Source of the DNA: a virus
Virus record (IMG/VR): IMGVR_UViG_3300020581_000010
Span: 11,253 to 75,252 of that record
Reading direction: 5' to 3' (one strand)
Length of the DNA stretch: 64,000 bases
The position numbers were made by a program, and so were the translations under genes. How positions within the stretch are numbered: position 1 is the first letter of the stretch; each line of letters begins with the position of its first letter. Positions 25,110 through 34,686 of this stretch are shown in pieces. The notes beneath the pieces are model-generated. The model saw only the letters and a list, made by a program, of their open reading frames with translations. It did no database searches and was not told the origin of the DNA.

Positions 25110-27131
25110 TCACCCCTTCGGCTTCCGCCACACCCAGCAATCTCCCCTGACCGCCGCTGGCGTATCCCTGAACGTCCCGTCCACCGCCTCCACCACACCG
25201 GGGAACGCTGCCGTGTAGTCGTGCCCCGCAAGGATGCCGCCCGGCTTCACCTTCGGAAGCCACGCCTGGATGTCCTGCACGACAGACTGGTAGTCGTGCG
25301 ATGCGTCGATGAACACGAAGTCCAGGCAGTTGTCGAGGATAGCCCCGGCAACGTCCGCACTCTTCCCTTCCTTGACCTGCACCAGCTTTGACACCCCGGC
25401 CCGGCGTAGGTTCTCGTCGAACGCCTGACGCAATGTCTTGCCCCCGAGCTTGCTGATGATCTCCCGGTGGACCTGCTCATCCGATCCCTGGAAGTGGTCC
25501 ACGGCATACAGGAACCAGTGCTGTTTTGGGTACTGCTGCGTGGCCCTGGCGAGTACGGTGATTCCCTGGCCAAGCAGACTGCCCACCTCGACCAGCGACC
25601 CGCCACCGCTGACGGCCAAGTCCCTGACTACCTCGTGGTACAGCTCCCGCATGGGCTTGGTGCAGTAGCCGAACGGTTCCCAAAAGGGGTCGGGCTTAGC
25701 ATACGGTTCGACGATTGCCCGTTGTGATTCGGTCAGGTGGTGCTTCTCGCCTGTCGATTCTAACGGCTCTCGTGATGGTAGCCCGAGATGATTCGGCCTC
25801 GACTGCTCTGGAACATTCTGGCTTTTCTTCATCGCTTCAACGGCGGTGAGTCTTTCCCACACGGTGACACCGCCATTGATAGCCCTTGTCTCGTATTTCT
25901 TCGGAACCGGAAACAGCACGTCCGGTATGCTCTCAATCGTGAAATGGTTCGTGAAAACGGCATTGATGCGGGATTCCTCAGCCGACTTGTGGAAGCATCC
26001 GACGCCGTTCCTTGTGAACCACACCGGAGCATCCACCTTCACCCATTCGGCACGCTCGAAGGACGCTGCGATCCGGTTCGCCGCCGGCCTCAGTGCCTCC
26101 GTGGCCTCAGCAATGGCCGCTGTGCCCTTGCTGGCCACTGACGCCGCAACGTCCTGCATCGTGTCGAACGTCGCCTCTGCTGGCGGTCCTGCCGCGACTC
26201 CGCACCCTTGCGTGAGGGATTCGGCCAAATCCGTAAGTCCCGGAATGTGAATCCTTTCCGGTTTCAAATCGGACGCTGCGTCCGTTTTGGCCACCCCATT
26301 CTTCGCCGTCCGCTCCTTCTCCTCTCGCATCCTCAGAATCGAGTACATCTTCTCCCTGAACGTGTCCACCTGAGAGGGGTGCAGTATCTTCGGCTGAGTG
26401 ATCTCCCCCACCTTGAAGTGGCTCGACCAGTTGTCGAAGTCGGCGAAGATGTGGACGTTCGCCGCCCTCATCTGCTGGTGGCAGAAGATGTCCTCGCTGG
26501 CCTTCATGATCGTGTGTGCATCGTCTGCCCACATGAACTCGTAGTACGGCTTCTTGATCAGCGAGAATGCCCGCATGTCGTAGGCTATGCACCCCGGCCC
26601 GACGTTCTCCACCTCGACCAGCCCCCTCTCTGCCGCCGCTTCCTCGCGGGTGTAGCGGGACATCTGGAAGCCGCTGTTCTCGTAGTTGTTCTTGTTGGTG
26701 CGGTATCGGAACACCAGCGGGTCTTCCTTCTCTCCCCCGGTGCAGTAGGGGGAAGCGATCACGATGGGGGGCCTGCCCTTCTGCAAGTTCAGCCAGATTT
26801 CCTTGACCGCCTCGTCGAACCACCGCGTGACCGGACCCATGTCGTCGTCGAGCATCACCAGCACGTCCGCCCCCCGCTGCTGGGCTTCGTCCACGGCGAT
26901 GTTCCGGGCTGCCGAGTGCGGGACCACGTTGCCGAACACGGCGATGCTCGTGACCAGTCCCTTGATGCCAGCGAGGCACGGACCACCAGCTAGGGCGATT
27001 GCACCCATGCTCTGGACGTGGGCCTGGAAGCCGACCAGCTCTTGGCGGACCATGCCGCTAGCCGTGATGATCGCACTAAGGACTTTGAACGGCCTTGGTG
27101 GCGTCTCGCTCTGACTCTGTTGCGGCTGCAC
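25110..27131 (-). CDS. GT2-like glycosyltransferase fused to a class I SAM methyltransferase (Methyltransf_24-like)
   Basis: N-term ARNIAV, MLDDD, SEDIFC; C-term VEVGSLLG, VFIDASHDY.SV..DI.AWLPKVKPGGILAGHDY. Confidence 0.88.
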   Translation of the reverse strand: MQPQQSQSETPPRPFKVLSAIITASGMVRQELVGFQAHVQSMGAIALAGGPCLAGIKGLVTSIAVFGNVVPHSAARNIAVDEAQQRGADVLVMLDDDMGPVTRWFDEAVKEIWLNLQKGRPPIVIASPYCTGGEKEDPLVFRYRTNKNNYENSGFQMSRYTREEAAAERGLVEVENVGPGCIAYDMRAFSLIKKPYYEFMWADDAHTIMKASEDIFCHQQMRAANVHIFADFDNWSSHFKVGEITQPKILHPSQVDTFREKMYSILRMREEKERTAKNGVAKTDAASDLKPERIHIPGLTDLAESLTQGCGVAAGPPAEATFDTMQDVAASVASKGTAAIAEATEALRPAANRIAASFERAEWVKVDAPVWFTRNGVGCFHKSAEESRINAVFTNHFTIESIPDVLFPVPKKYETRAINGGVTVWERLTAVEAMKKSQNVPEQSRPNHLGLPSREPLESTGEKHHLTESQRAIVEPYAKPDPFWEPFGYCTKPMRELYHEVVRDLAVSGGGSLVEVGSLLGQGITVLARATQQYPKQHWFLYAVDHFQGSDEQVHREIISKLGGKTLRQAFDENLRRAGVSKLVQVKEGKSADVAGAILDNCLDFVFIDASHDYQSVVQDIQAWLPKVKPGGILAGHDYTAAFPGVVEAVDGTFRDTPAAVRGDCWVWRKPKG

Positions 27132-27828
27132 GGTGTTCCTCCGTTATGGGGATGGTGGTGAATGTCTGGCGGTCGCTGCCGGTCATGGAAATCAATCTGG
27201 CCGTGGCGTTCGCACGGGCAGTCACGAGTCCGTCGATTGCGTGACACGTCTCTTGCCGCCATGCTTGAAGGGCCCTGGTTTCGCGTTCAATCCGGCCGCT
27301 TTCAGCGACTTTCTTTGCCAGATTGGAATTCGCGTCTTTGAGCACGGCCACCTCGGCCTCAAGTGCCGTCACTTCGTGTTCGCATTGCTCGTACATCCCA
27401 CGCAGGTCAGCGTTCACTTCCTCAAGCGTCTTGATTGCTTCGCCCCTCCGTCCTACCTCGTCGGCCAGCTTGGCGTTCTCGGCGAGGGCCTCGGCCAATT
27501 GCTTTGGCCCGGCGTTTTCTTCACGCCGCTTCAGGTCGAGGAGTTCTCCTGCCATCCGGTCCCGCTCGGCAAGCAAGTTGGTGTAGGTGTCCAACAGAGT
27601 TTTGCTTTCAGCTACCAGCCTGTTGCAAGAATGCTGAAGGAATGCACAAACCTGTTTGCTCCACAACTCGAAAGCAAGCATATCCTCCACGGTTTTGGTG
27701 GAGCCGCACAGCTTGCAGTGGAATTGATACTTCGTAGGTCCGAGTCCGAACCACGGCCGGACAGCGTCCCGATAACCCCATTGATGCTCGCACGTCCTCA
27801 CGTCCCTGCCGCTGCCGTTATCCGCCAT
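27076..27828 (-). CDS. Coiled-coil protein with N-terminal Zn ribbon
   Basis: CEH...CKLCG then heptad-rich region. Confidence 0.6.
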   Translation of the reverse strand: MADNGSGRDVRTCEHQWGYRDAVRPWFGLGPTKYQFHCKLCGSTKTVEDMLAFELWSKQVCAFLQHSCNRLVAESKTLLDTYTNLLAERDRMAGELLDLKRREENAGPKQLAEALAENAKLADEVGRRGEAIKTLEEVNADLRGMYEQCEHEVTALEAEVAVLKDANSNLAKKVAESGRIERETRALQAWRQETCHAIDGLVTARANATARLISMTGSDRQTFTTIPITEEHRAAATESERDATKAVQSP

Positions 27829-28433
27829 TGGAATACGCTCCCTTGGTTGTTCTCTGCCCCGTCCCGCCTGTACCGATGCAGCTTGATAACCGCTATCGCC
27901 GACTCGTTCAGTTCGACCACCTTCTCAAGCATCGCCACTTGCTGCTGTGCGGCGTGGACATGCTGCTCGGCTACCATCTTCAAGAGGTTCGCCCCATCGT
28001 CCGTCTCGAACCGTGCCGCGATGTCCCGCATCTCTTCGAGGTTCCGCTTGACCGTGGCCATCTGCTGCTTGGCGTCCCTGACCGTCACTTCGATGGCCTG
28101 TATCATCTCCCGCACCACGTCGTTCCGCTTCGTGCCCCTGCCAGTCACGGTGAGCAGCTGCACGACTTGAAGGAACGCCTGCGAGATGATCGCAAGTTCC
28201 TGCCCGTTGTCCTTCTCGGGTGCCTTCTCCCACTCGCCCGTCTCGTCGTACTTCGCTCGCCTCGCGGGGTCGCTGAGCACGTCCCAGGCCAGCTTGACCC
28301 GCTCGAACTCCTCCTGTGATCCACCACGGTCAGGATGGGTTGCGAGGGACCGCTTGCGGAACGCTGCCTTGATGGCCTCAGCGGTCGCGGTCTTGCGGAC
28401 CTTCAACACTTTGTAGGGGTCAAACGGCTTCAT
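27798..28433 (-). CDS. J-domain (DnaJ-like) protein
   Basis: DPYKVL...IKAAFRK...HPDRGG...LSDP.RR.KYD. Confidence 0.92.
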   Translation of the reverse strand: MKPFDPYKVLKVRKTATAEAIKAAFRKRSLATHPDRGGSQEEFERVKLAWDVLSDPARRAKYDETGEWEKAPEKDNGQELAIISQAFLQVVQLLTVTGRGTKRNDVVREMIQAIEVTVRDAKQQMATVKRNLEEMRDIAARFETDDGANLLKMVAEQHVHAAQQQVAMLEKVVELNESAIAVIKLHRYRRDGAENNQGSVFQWRITAAAGT

Positions 28434-28693
28434 TGTCTGGCCCTTATCAGCATGTTCAAGATTTCCGTCGCTGCATCACCATCGTAATCGGCGTCCTCGA
28501 CCTTGCGAACTACTGACACCTTGACACCGATCAGCTTTGCCGACTGCCTTTGGGATAGATTGCCTCTCATGCGGATGTCATAAAACTGCTGGGCGATGTT
28601 GGCCTTGCGTTCTTCCTCAGCGACCGCCTTGACCAATTCCTGGTCGGCCTCAAGCTGTCGCCTGATAACATCGGCAAAGTTCTTGGTTTTCAT
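28430..28693 (-). CDS. HigA-like XRE HTH protein
   Basis: IAQQFYDIR...LSQRQ.AKLIG...VV.KVEDADYDG. Confidence 0.65.
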   Translation of the reverse strand: MKTKNFADVIRRQLEADQELVKAVAEEERKANIAQQFYDIRMRGNLSQRQSAKLIGVKVSVVRKVEDADYDGDAATEILNMLIRARQ

Positions 28694-28974
28694 GGAAGCA
28701 TCCTTGGGACAGCGTCCCTGTTCATCGGTAACGCTTGCCACGACTTTTCTACCGGCACCTTGTCACCCTTCTCCAGATTACACCCCTCGCACGCCAGCTT
28801 CCGGTTCTCCGGCGTATCGTCACCGCCCCTTGACAATGGAACCACGTGGTCGATAGTCGCGGAGTCGAACGTGAGCCGTTTTTGGCAGATGTAGCACTTG
28901 TTATCCTCCCTGAGCATGGCCCGCACGATGAAGTGCCGGTGGTTGTTGAAATTGAACTTCCGCTTGCGTTTCAT
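28690..28974 (-). CDS. HNH endonuclease
   Basis: CYIC, TIDHVVPLSRGG...N...ACEGCN.EKG. Confidence 0.9.
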   Translation of the reverse strand: MKRKRKFNFNNHRHFIVRAMLREDNKCYICQKRLTFDSATIDHVVPLSRGGDDTPENRKLACEGCNLEKGDKVPVEKSWQALPMNRDAVPRMLP

Positions 28975-31355
28975 GGGTTGCGGCCCTCGCTGATCATCAC
29001 GCCATACCTCTCTGCGATGAACGACTGGATTTGCCCAACATAGTTTGGATTGCTAGACACCAGATCGGCATCGTGGCAAATCATGGTAACCACTTTCCCT
29101 TTAGGGAAATCTTTAACCCATCGGATCAGGTCACGCCACTGCCGCCGCTCGTCGCGTGCCTTGCGTCGTTTTCTGGCCTGTCGGTTGTCACGGCATTTAG
29201 GCATGGTCTGAACCCTCGCCTCTCGGTCGGTTGTCCAGCTTGCACCCTTCCGTCTTGCAGTTCTGGCACAGGAACCACCAGTAGGGAGGCTCGTCGCCAT
29301 CAGCCATCGCATACCCGAAAGAGATGTTAGTCCCGCTGCACTTCGGGCAAGCATGATTTTCTGACCAAGACTCCCAGCGTTCTTGCTGATTCACGGCTTG
29401 CGGCCCTCGCTGTCCTTTTTGGTGAACCCGTCCGTCGTCTGCTCCTCTTGCTGAAGGAACTTGCTCAACAGCACCTTGACGTTGTGGGCTGACACCATGC
29501 GGCCATCGCCCGCGATGTTGTATCCGTAGGACATGTCGATTGCGGTGCAAATCTGCTCATACTCTTGCGGGGTCAGCATTACGGGTCTTTCGGTTTGAGG
29601 TATTCCCTGCACTGTCTCGTAAGCGTGGCCTCAATCTGCCACCCGTCCCCGTCATCGACTTCCGCCACCACGTCCATGAGCACCGATCCCCACAGCTTGT
29701 CGATGTGGGAGCGGATCGTGCGTAGCTGCTGCTCCGGTATGGCGTCGTAGACCGCAACCCGCTCAACGTCGGTGTAGCGGACTGACCGCTCCTCGGCACC
29801 CTTGCGGCCTTTCAGCGTCAGGAGAATCGAGGTGTTCATCTCGGCCTCGCAATCTCCACCGGCCACCACTCTGCCGAATCCCTGCACTGGTCTAGAGGGA
29901 ACTCCACCCCGTCCGGTGCCGCGAACATCAGTTGCACGCATCCCCGGAAGTAGCTGGCCACTACCTTGACGATTGCCCCGCCCTGACACCACTCGTCCCT
30001 GTACCAATAGTACCCTGCCCCAATCGGGGGCTCCGTTGACCAGTGGCGGTCAGCTATGAGGACGTAGGGGATGGTGTTGCCGTTAGTGTGCATTGCCGAT
30101 GCTCTCCAACGCTGCCGCCTCGGTCATGACCTTGCCGTCCGCCTTGCGTCTCCACGTCGCCTCACCCTTGCCCCTGGCGTGAATCTCGAACCCCATCTTG
30201 CGGAGCGTGGCGTCCTTGCTGTGCCGCCTGGTGTGGTCCTGAGAGCGGTGGGCTGATTCAGCTTTCGCTTGCGGGCTGATGTTGGCCATCGTTCGCCCTC
30301 CGTTTCGCTTCCTTGACATCTTCAAGAAACCTTAGCGAACGCACTATTTCTACTGCACCGCTGCCATAGAATGGAGGGTACTGGTTCGGGTGGTCGTATC
30401 TGTCGCCCTTCTTCCAGTACAGGTGTTCTCCGCTGCCAGAAGGTATCGGTTGCCACCCATCGACGACCATCTGGACCATGCGGTCATAGACCAACTCGCG
30501 ATGCGTCATTTCCCTGCCCTCTCCGTCGGCCCCATCGCTTCCCACTTCAACCGTGCGAGTACGGGGTCGAGGTGTTCGCCGATCCCGGCACGGATGGACT
30601 TCGCTTCGATCCACGCTTCGTGTTCGCTCCTGTCGGTCACTTCGTCAAGGTTCCTGGCACACGCCTCCAGCCATCCCTTGAGGGCAAGTAGGTGCTGCTC
30701 GTTTGTCATCGTCGTGGATGCTGGCTTGACGGTCATCGCTTCGCACCTTTCGCATTGCGGACGGCCTTCCTTTCTTTCCTCAAGTACGAGTCAAAGTAGG
30801 TCGCTTCGGCACACTTGCGACCGCCAATGTCTGCCGCGTCATTTTGAGCATTTGACATGCAGTGAACGGCACCGATCAGTGCCTCTAAAATCTCATCGGC
30901 GTAGTGGTGCAACGGGCACCAGTGAATTCCATCGTCGGACGTGGTGTAGTGGCACCCGCAGTCACGGAATATCCCTTCCGTCGTCGGCTTCTCGTTAGCG
31001 TACCTTGAGTAGAATTTCTGCTCGCTCATCCCCAAATCTCCTCTATCGCCGCAGGCACCATCTCCTGCGGCAGTGAGTCCCACCCACGCATGAAAGCCGT
31101 CACCGCCGCTTGCTGGCACACCCCGCCCGCGAACTGCTGCCACAGCCTGGGACGCTGGCTGATAGACCGCTTGTGCAGGCCCATCGCACACACCCAGCAC
31201 TCCTCGAATGGCGTGCCCCTGTCAGTGTCGTGGTGCGTCCACCGTGGGAGCGTTGTGGACCCGTCGAACTTGCACAGGGCAGGAACCTCAGGCTTCCGCA
31301 CTTCACGACGTAGGACAGCGACAACGGGTTCGGCTGAGGGTGGGAAGATGCTCAC
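28971..31355 (-). other. String of about ten small hypothetical genes (28971-29204, 29197-29394 Zn finger, 29391-29579, 29579-29839, 29836-30093, 30083-30290, 30258-30509, 30506-30736, 30733-31029, 31026-31355)
   Basis: Contiguous overlapping ORFs typical of a phage accessory region. Confidence 0.55.
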
Positions 31356-31948
31356 GCCATCACCACCTTCATCCTGATTGCCTTGCCGGACCTGACCGCC
31401 TTCAAGATCACTCGCGGGTCTTGCATGTATTCCATGAACCATTCGAGGATGCTGGAAATCGTTTCTGGTTCCTCGGCATCACAGTAGGACGCCACTTGCT
31501 TTGCCAAGATGAACGCCGCACGGGACAGGCCGCACTTGTACATCCTCTTCATGAGCGGACGGCCGATGGTATCCTCCATGATCTTGAAATTACTTCCGGT
31601 TCTCGGCATCACGGCCCGCTCGTTCTGAAGCCAGACCCCAAGGGCGTCGTTGCCTGACATCGGCCGCATGGTGACGTTGACTGACGCATAAATCTGTGCG
31701 AGGTCAGTGTCAGCCGGGAAGACATTAGCCTCAATTTCCTTCCAGCCGAGTTGTTTGGCTGCCGCCCATCGGCGGTGCCCTTCGATGATCGTGTAGTCCT
31801 CCATGATCGAAATCGGCTGGAGCAATCCAAACGCCTCCATCGAATCGGCCAGCTTAGAAATGTTGGCCTTGTCGGTTCGTCGTGGAGGATTGTGCGGTGC
31901 CGGCTTGAGTCTGGACAGCGGTACGATACGACGGTCTTTCAGTTGCAT
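31352..31948 (-). CDS. ParB/Srx N-terminal domain protein
   Basis: LKPAPHNP, LADSM..FGLLQPI, IIEGHRRW.AAK.LG. Confidence 0.88.
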   Translation of the reverse strand: MQLKDRRIVPLSRLKPAPHNPPRRTDKANISKLADSMEAFGLLQPISIMEDYTIIEGHRRWAAAKQLGWKEIEANVFPADTDLAQIYASVNVTMRPMSGNDALGVWLQNERAVMPRTGSNFKIMEDTIGRPLMKRMYKCGLSRAAFILAKQVASYCDAEEPETISSILEWFMEYMQDPRVILKAVRSGKAIRMKVVMA

Positions 31949-32424
31949 GGTCTTTTCTCCCTCACCGTAGGCTGAATCTTTATCAGGCACGAGTGCGGCA
32001 CCCTTCGTCCGCCCATCCTCAGAATCTTCTCCACCTGCTTGTCGTCAGCGTGCCACGCCGTGCTTGCCCTCCGTGTGGAGCAGAGGCCGAGCAGGACAGC
32101 TACGCCGCCACCAAGTAGTACGGGCATGACCTCGATTGCCAGAGCGGTTAGAAGGGACATGGGGTTCCTCCGTGAAGGCTAGATGCTGTAATCGAAAGCC
32201 GGTTCGGACTTCTCCAAAGCCGCGTATCTGAATTTCTGGCACGATTTGACGGTGAAGATTCGTCCCGTGACGACATTGAGACACCGCCATGCCGTCCACC
32301 CGGTGCAGGAGTTTCCATTGAACTCCTCAGTAGCGGACAGCACTTTAACTTGAATGGTGTCGCCGTTCCATCTCAGCCAATACGCCTTTCCGACCTGAAT
32401 ATCCCTGGCTTTCATCTCTTGCAC
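31939..32424 (-). other. Two hypothetical genes (31939-32160 with TM segment; 32179-32424)
   Basis: RBS-preceded ORFs downstream of the promoter at 32486. Confidence 0.55.
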
Positions 32425-32457
32425 CTTTCAGTTAGACTCGTTGCCTCACTCCCTTAA

Positions 32458-32486
32458 TCTATACCCCACGGGTAATAGTTTGGCAA
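32458..32486 (-). promoter_or_regulatory. Sigma70 promoter with operator in spacer
   Basis: TTGCCA-17-TATAGA; shares GGGTAATAGTTTG with 33069-33081. Confidence 0.7.
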
Positions 32487-32511
32487 TCTCAATCTGGCGG
32501 AATTTCCCAAG

Positions 32512-32817
32512 TTAGCGTACGCTATCGTTTGCCGGGCTCATATCGGCTTCCCGTTCGTCACCGCCTGCCAGCACCGCCGTCATTCGCGTGCGTTCAGTGC
32601 CATCCTTGTTCATCTGGATTCCGCCGTCTTCGTCCAAGATGTTGATGCACTTGATACTGATGTCCTCTACCGGAAGAATCACGGCTCCGTCGCTTTCGAG
32701 TGCGTGCGAGAACGATACCTTGTTGACGCACACCGGCTCCCTGCCGTGGCCTTCAGCGATCAGTTTTCCGATGATGCGATACAGCCTATTAAGCGTCATG
32801 GTCTTCGGCTTACTCAT
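32512..32817 (-). CDS. Hypothetical protein
   Basis: Coupled to the HTH gene. Confidence 0.6.
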   Translation of the reverse strand: MSKPKTMTLNRLYRIIGKLIAEGHGREPVCVNKVSFSHALESDGAVILPVEDISIKCINILDEDGGIQMNKDGTERTRMTAVLAGGDEREADMSPANDSVR

Positions 32818-33032
32818 GTTTTTGCCTTTCGTTTCGGCCTGCCCGTCGGCCTCACCCTGACCGCCTCAAGGTCGCCTGGTGCAATCCGCCACGCCTTGCC
32901 CCTCGGGTACTCAGACAGCACAGCGAGCAACCGACCTGACTTGATGAGCTGCCGTACGCGGTGGACGCTGACGCCCAGCTCGCGTGCCGCCTCTGCGGTG
33001 CCTATCGTGCCATTTTCTTTCCGCCGACTCAT
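32814..33032 (-). CDS. Excisionase-type (HTH_17) DNA-binding protein with GRP tail
   Basis: GTAEAARELGVSVHRVRQLIKSGRL...VRVRPTGRPKR. Confidence 0.85.
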   Translation of the reverse strand: MSRRKENGTIGTAEAARELGVSVHRVRQLIKSGRLLAVLSEYPRGKAWRIAPGDLEAVRVRPTGRPKRKAKT

Positions 33033-33056
33033 TGCTTTTCCGTCCCCTTCCGTGAT

Positions 33057-33085
33057 ACTATAACCGATGGGTAATAGTTTGACAA
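33057..33085 (-). promoter_or_regulatory. Sigma70 promoter with operator in spacer
   Basis: TTGTCA-17-TATAGT. Confidence 0.7.
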
Positions 33086-33103
33086 GACAGGAGGGCAACA
33101 CGC

Positions 33104-33575
33104 ATGAGCAAGAAATGGCTAGTCCCCTGCAACGTGAAGCAAGCAACTGGAATCCAATGGTGGGAAGTTGTTGCCGACACCGCCGCAATGGCTCTTTCTA
33201 AGTTGAAGCAGGGGGAAGGCACCTGCACGAATGAGGAGATCGAGGTTGTCGATCTCGGCTATCCCAGAGTGGACGAAGTGACGCAAGTCGAGGAGTGAAC
33301 CCATGCCGACCCCAACCGACACCGTGACTCCGCTGGTCTGCGAACGCCTCATGGTATGCCTGGTTGACATGCTCGGCATATCCCTATCGGTCGCCTACTG
33401 TGGAACCCCACCGCAAGAGGAGCATGGGCCGAACGTGCAGTTCTTCAAGAATCTCGAAGACAACGTGCAGGGCAACCGTGGCAACGGGCTGGATTTGTCG
33501 CACTTGACGTGGGGCGATGCGAAACTCTTGCTTGAGGCAACCATGAAGAAGGCACAGGAGATTTTGGACAAATGA
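33104..33575 (+). other. Two hypothetical genes (33104-33298, 33303-33575)
   Basis: GGAGG/GGAG RBS, contiguous. Confidence 0.6.
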
Positions 33576-33805
33576 CCGCCATCCGCCAGACCCGCCTCCG
33601 CATCCTGGGCGTCTTCCTGAGTCGCCGTATGCAGGGCAAGCCTCCTCCGTCAGTCCGCGACCTGTGCAAGATGCTGGGCCACTGGCCTAACAGCGTCCAC
33701 GGCCACATCCGAGCGTTGCAGCGTGATGGGTTGATAGACGTGGGGACGGCAAGCAGCAGGGCGGTGGAGACGAAGTGCAGGTTCATTCCTGTGGAGGCGT
33801 TGTGA
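33572..33805 (+). CDS. LexA-type winged-helix DNA-binding domain (no peptidase domain)
   Basis: PPSVRDLC..LG...NSVHGHIRALQRDGLI. Confidence 0.8.
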   Translation: MTAIRQTRLRILGVFLSRRMQGKPPPSVRDLCKMLGHWPNSVHGHIRALQRDGLIDVGTASSRAVETKCRFIPVEAL

Positions 33806-33993
33806 CCGAATCCCAGCTCCACATCCTCTCAAACCTCTTCTCAGGCCGTGAAGCCCTGTCAGGGTTCGACCGATGGAAACACGGTGGCCTCACTCGCACG
33901 CTGAGGATGATGGAGCAGCGTGGCTGGCTCAAGGAAGGTGCGATCACGGCAGAGGGGCGGAAGGCGTTGGCAGTGGCAGGCAACCCAGAATAG
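33802..33993 (+). CDS. Small hypothetical (wHTH-like) protein
   Basis: GTG start overlapping upstream stop; ITAEGRKAL. Confidence 0.45.
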   Translation: MTESQLHILSNLFSGREALSGFDRWKHGGLTRTLRMMEQRGWLKEGAITAEGRKALAVAGNPE

Positions 33994-34002
33994 GGAGCGA
34001 CC

Positions 34003-34611
34003 ATGTACGAGCGATTTACCGACCGGGCACGCAAGGTCATGCAACTTGCGAATCAGGAATGTCAACGGTTTAACCACGAGTACATCGGCACGGAGCACCT
34101 GTTGATCGGTCTAGCCAAAGAGGGTTCTGGTGTTGCGTCGAACGTCCTGAAAAACATGGGCGTGAGTCTCGCTGCCGCGAGGGTGGAAGTCGAGAAGATC
34201 ATCATCGCGGGACCGCAAGGGCAGATGATGATGGGCAAGATTCCTCATTCGCCACGACTCAAGAAAGTCATCGAATACGCCATTGACGAGGCCAAACTGC
34301 TGAACCACAACTACGTCGGCACAGAGCACCTTCTTCTCGGCCTCGTCCGCGAGAAGGAAGGCGTAGCCGCTCAAGTGCTGTTCAATCTCGGCGTCAAGCT
34401 GGAGGATGTGCGGCAAGCGATCCTCGACTTGCTCAATCCGAAAAAGGACGAAGCCGACAAGCTGGAGGACGCACGAGATGAAGCGATCCAGGTGGCGGCA
34501 AATGCCCTGATGATGGCACGCCTAGCAATCGACAGTTGCTTGCGGGTTCTTGGCGTCAGCGAGCGACAAGTGGCAGAGTGGGCGGTGAAGCTGGAAGTGA
34601 AGAAGGACTAG
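34003..34611 (+). CDS. Stand-alone Clp N-terminal (ClpC repeat) domain protein
   Basis: MYERFTDRARKVMQLANQE, two H.Y.GTEHLL.GL repeats, no AAA+ domain. Confidence 0.92.
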   Translation: MYERFTDRARKVMQLANQECQRFNHEYIGTEHLLIGLAKEGSGVASNVLKNMGVSLAAARVEVEKIIIAGPQGQMMMGKIPHSPRLKKVIEYAIDEAKLLNHNYVGTEHLLLGLVREKEGVAAQVLFNLGVKLEDVRQAILDLLNPKKDEADKLEDARDEAIQVAANALMMARLAIDSCLRVLGVSERQVAEWAVKLEVKKD

Positions 34612-34686
34612 CCCCTCACCGATTTAGCCAGGGCCTCGAAGCCCTCGCTTTCGAGCCAGTCGGCAAAGGCAAATTCATCTTAGTCT

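Noticed and set aside
33572-33805. Full LexA/CI repressor implying SOS-inducible lysogeny
   Set aside because: Only the DNA-binding domain is present; no S24 peptidase, integrase or att site was recognised, so lifestyle cannot be called.
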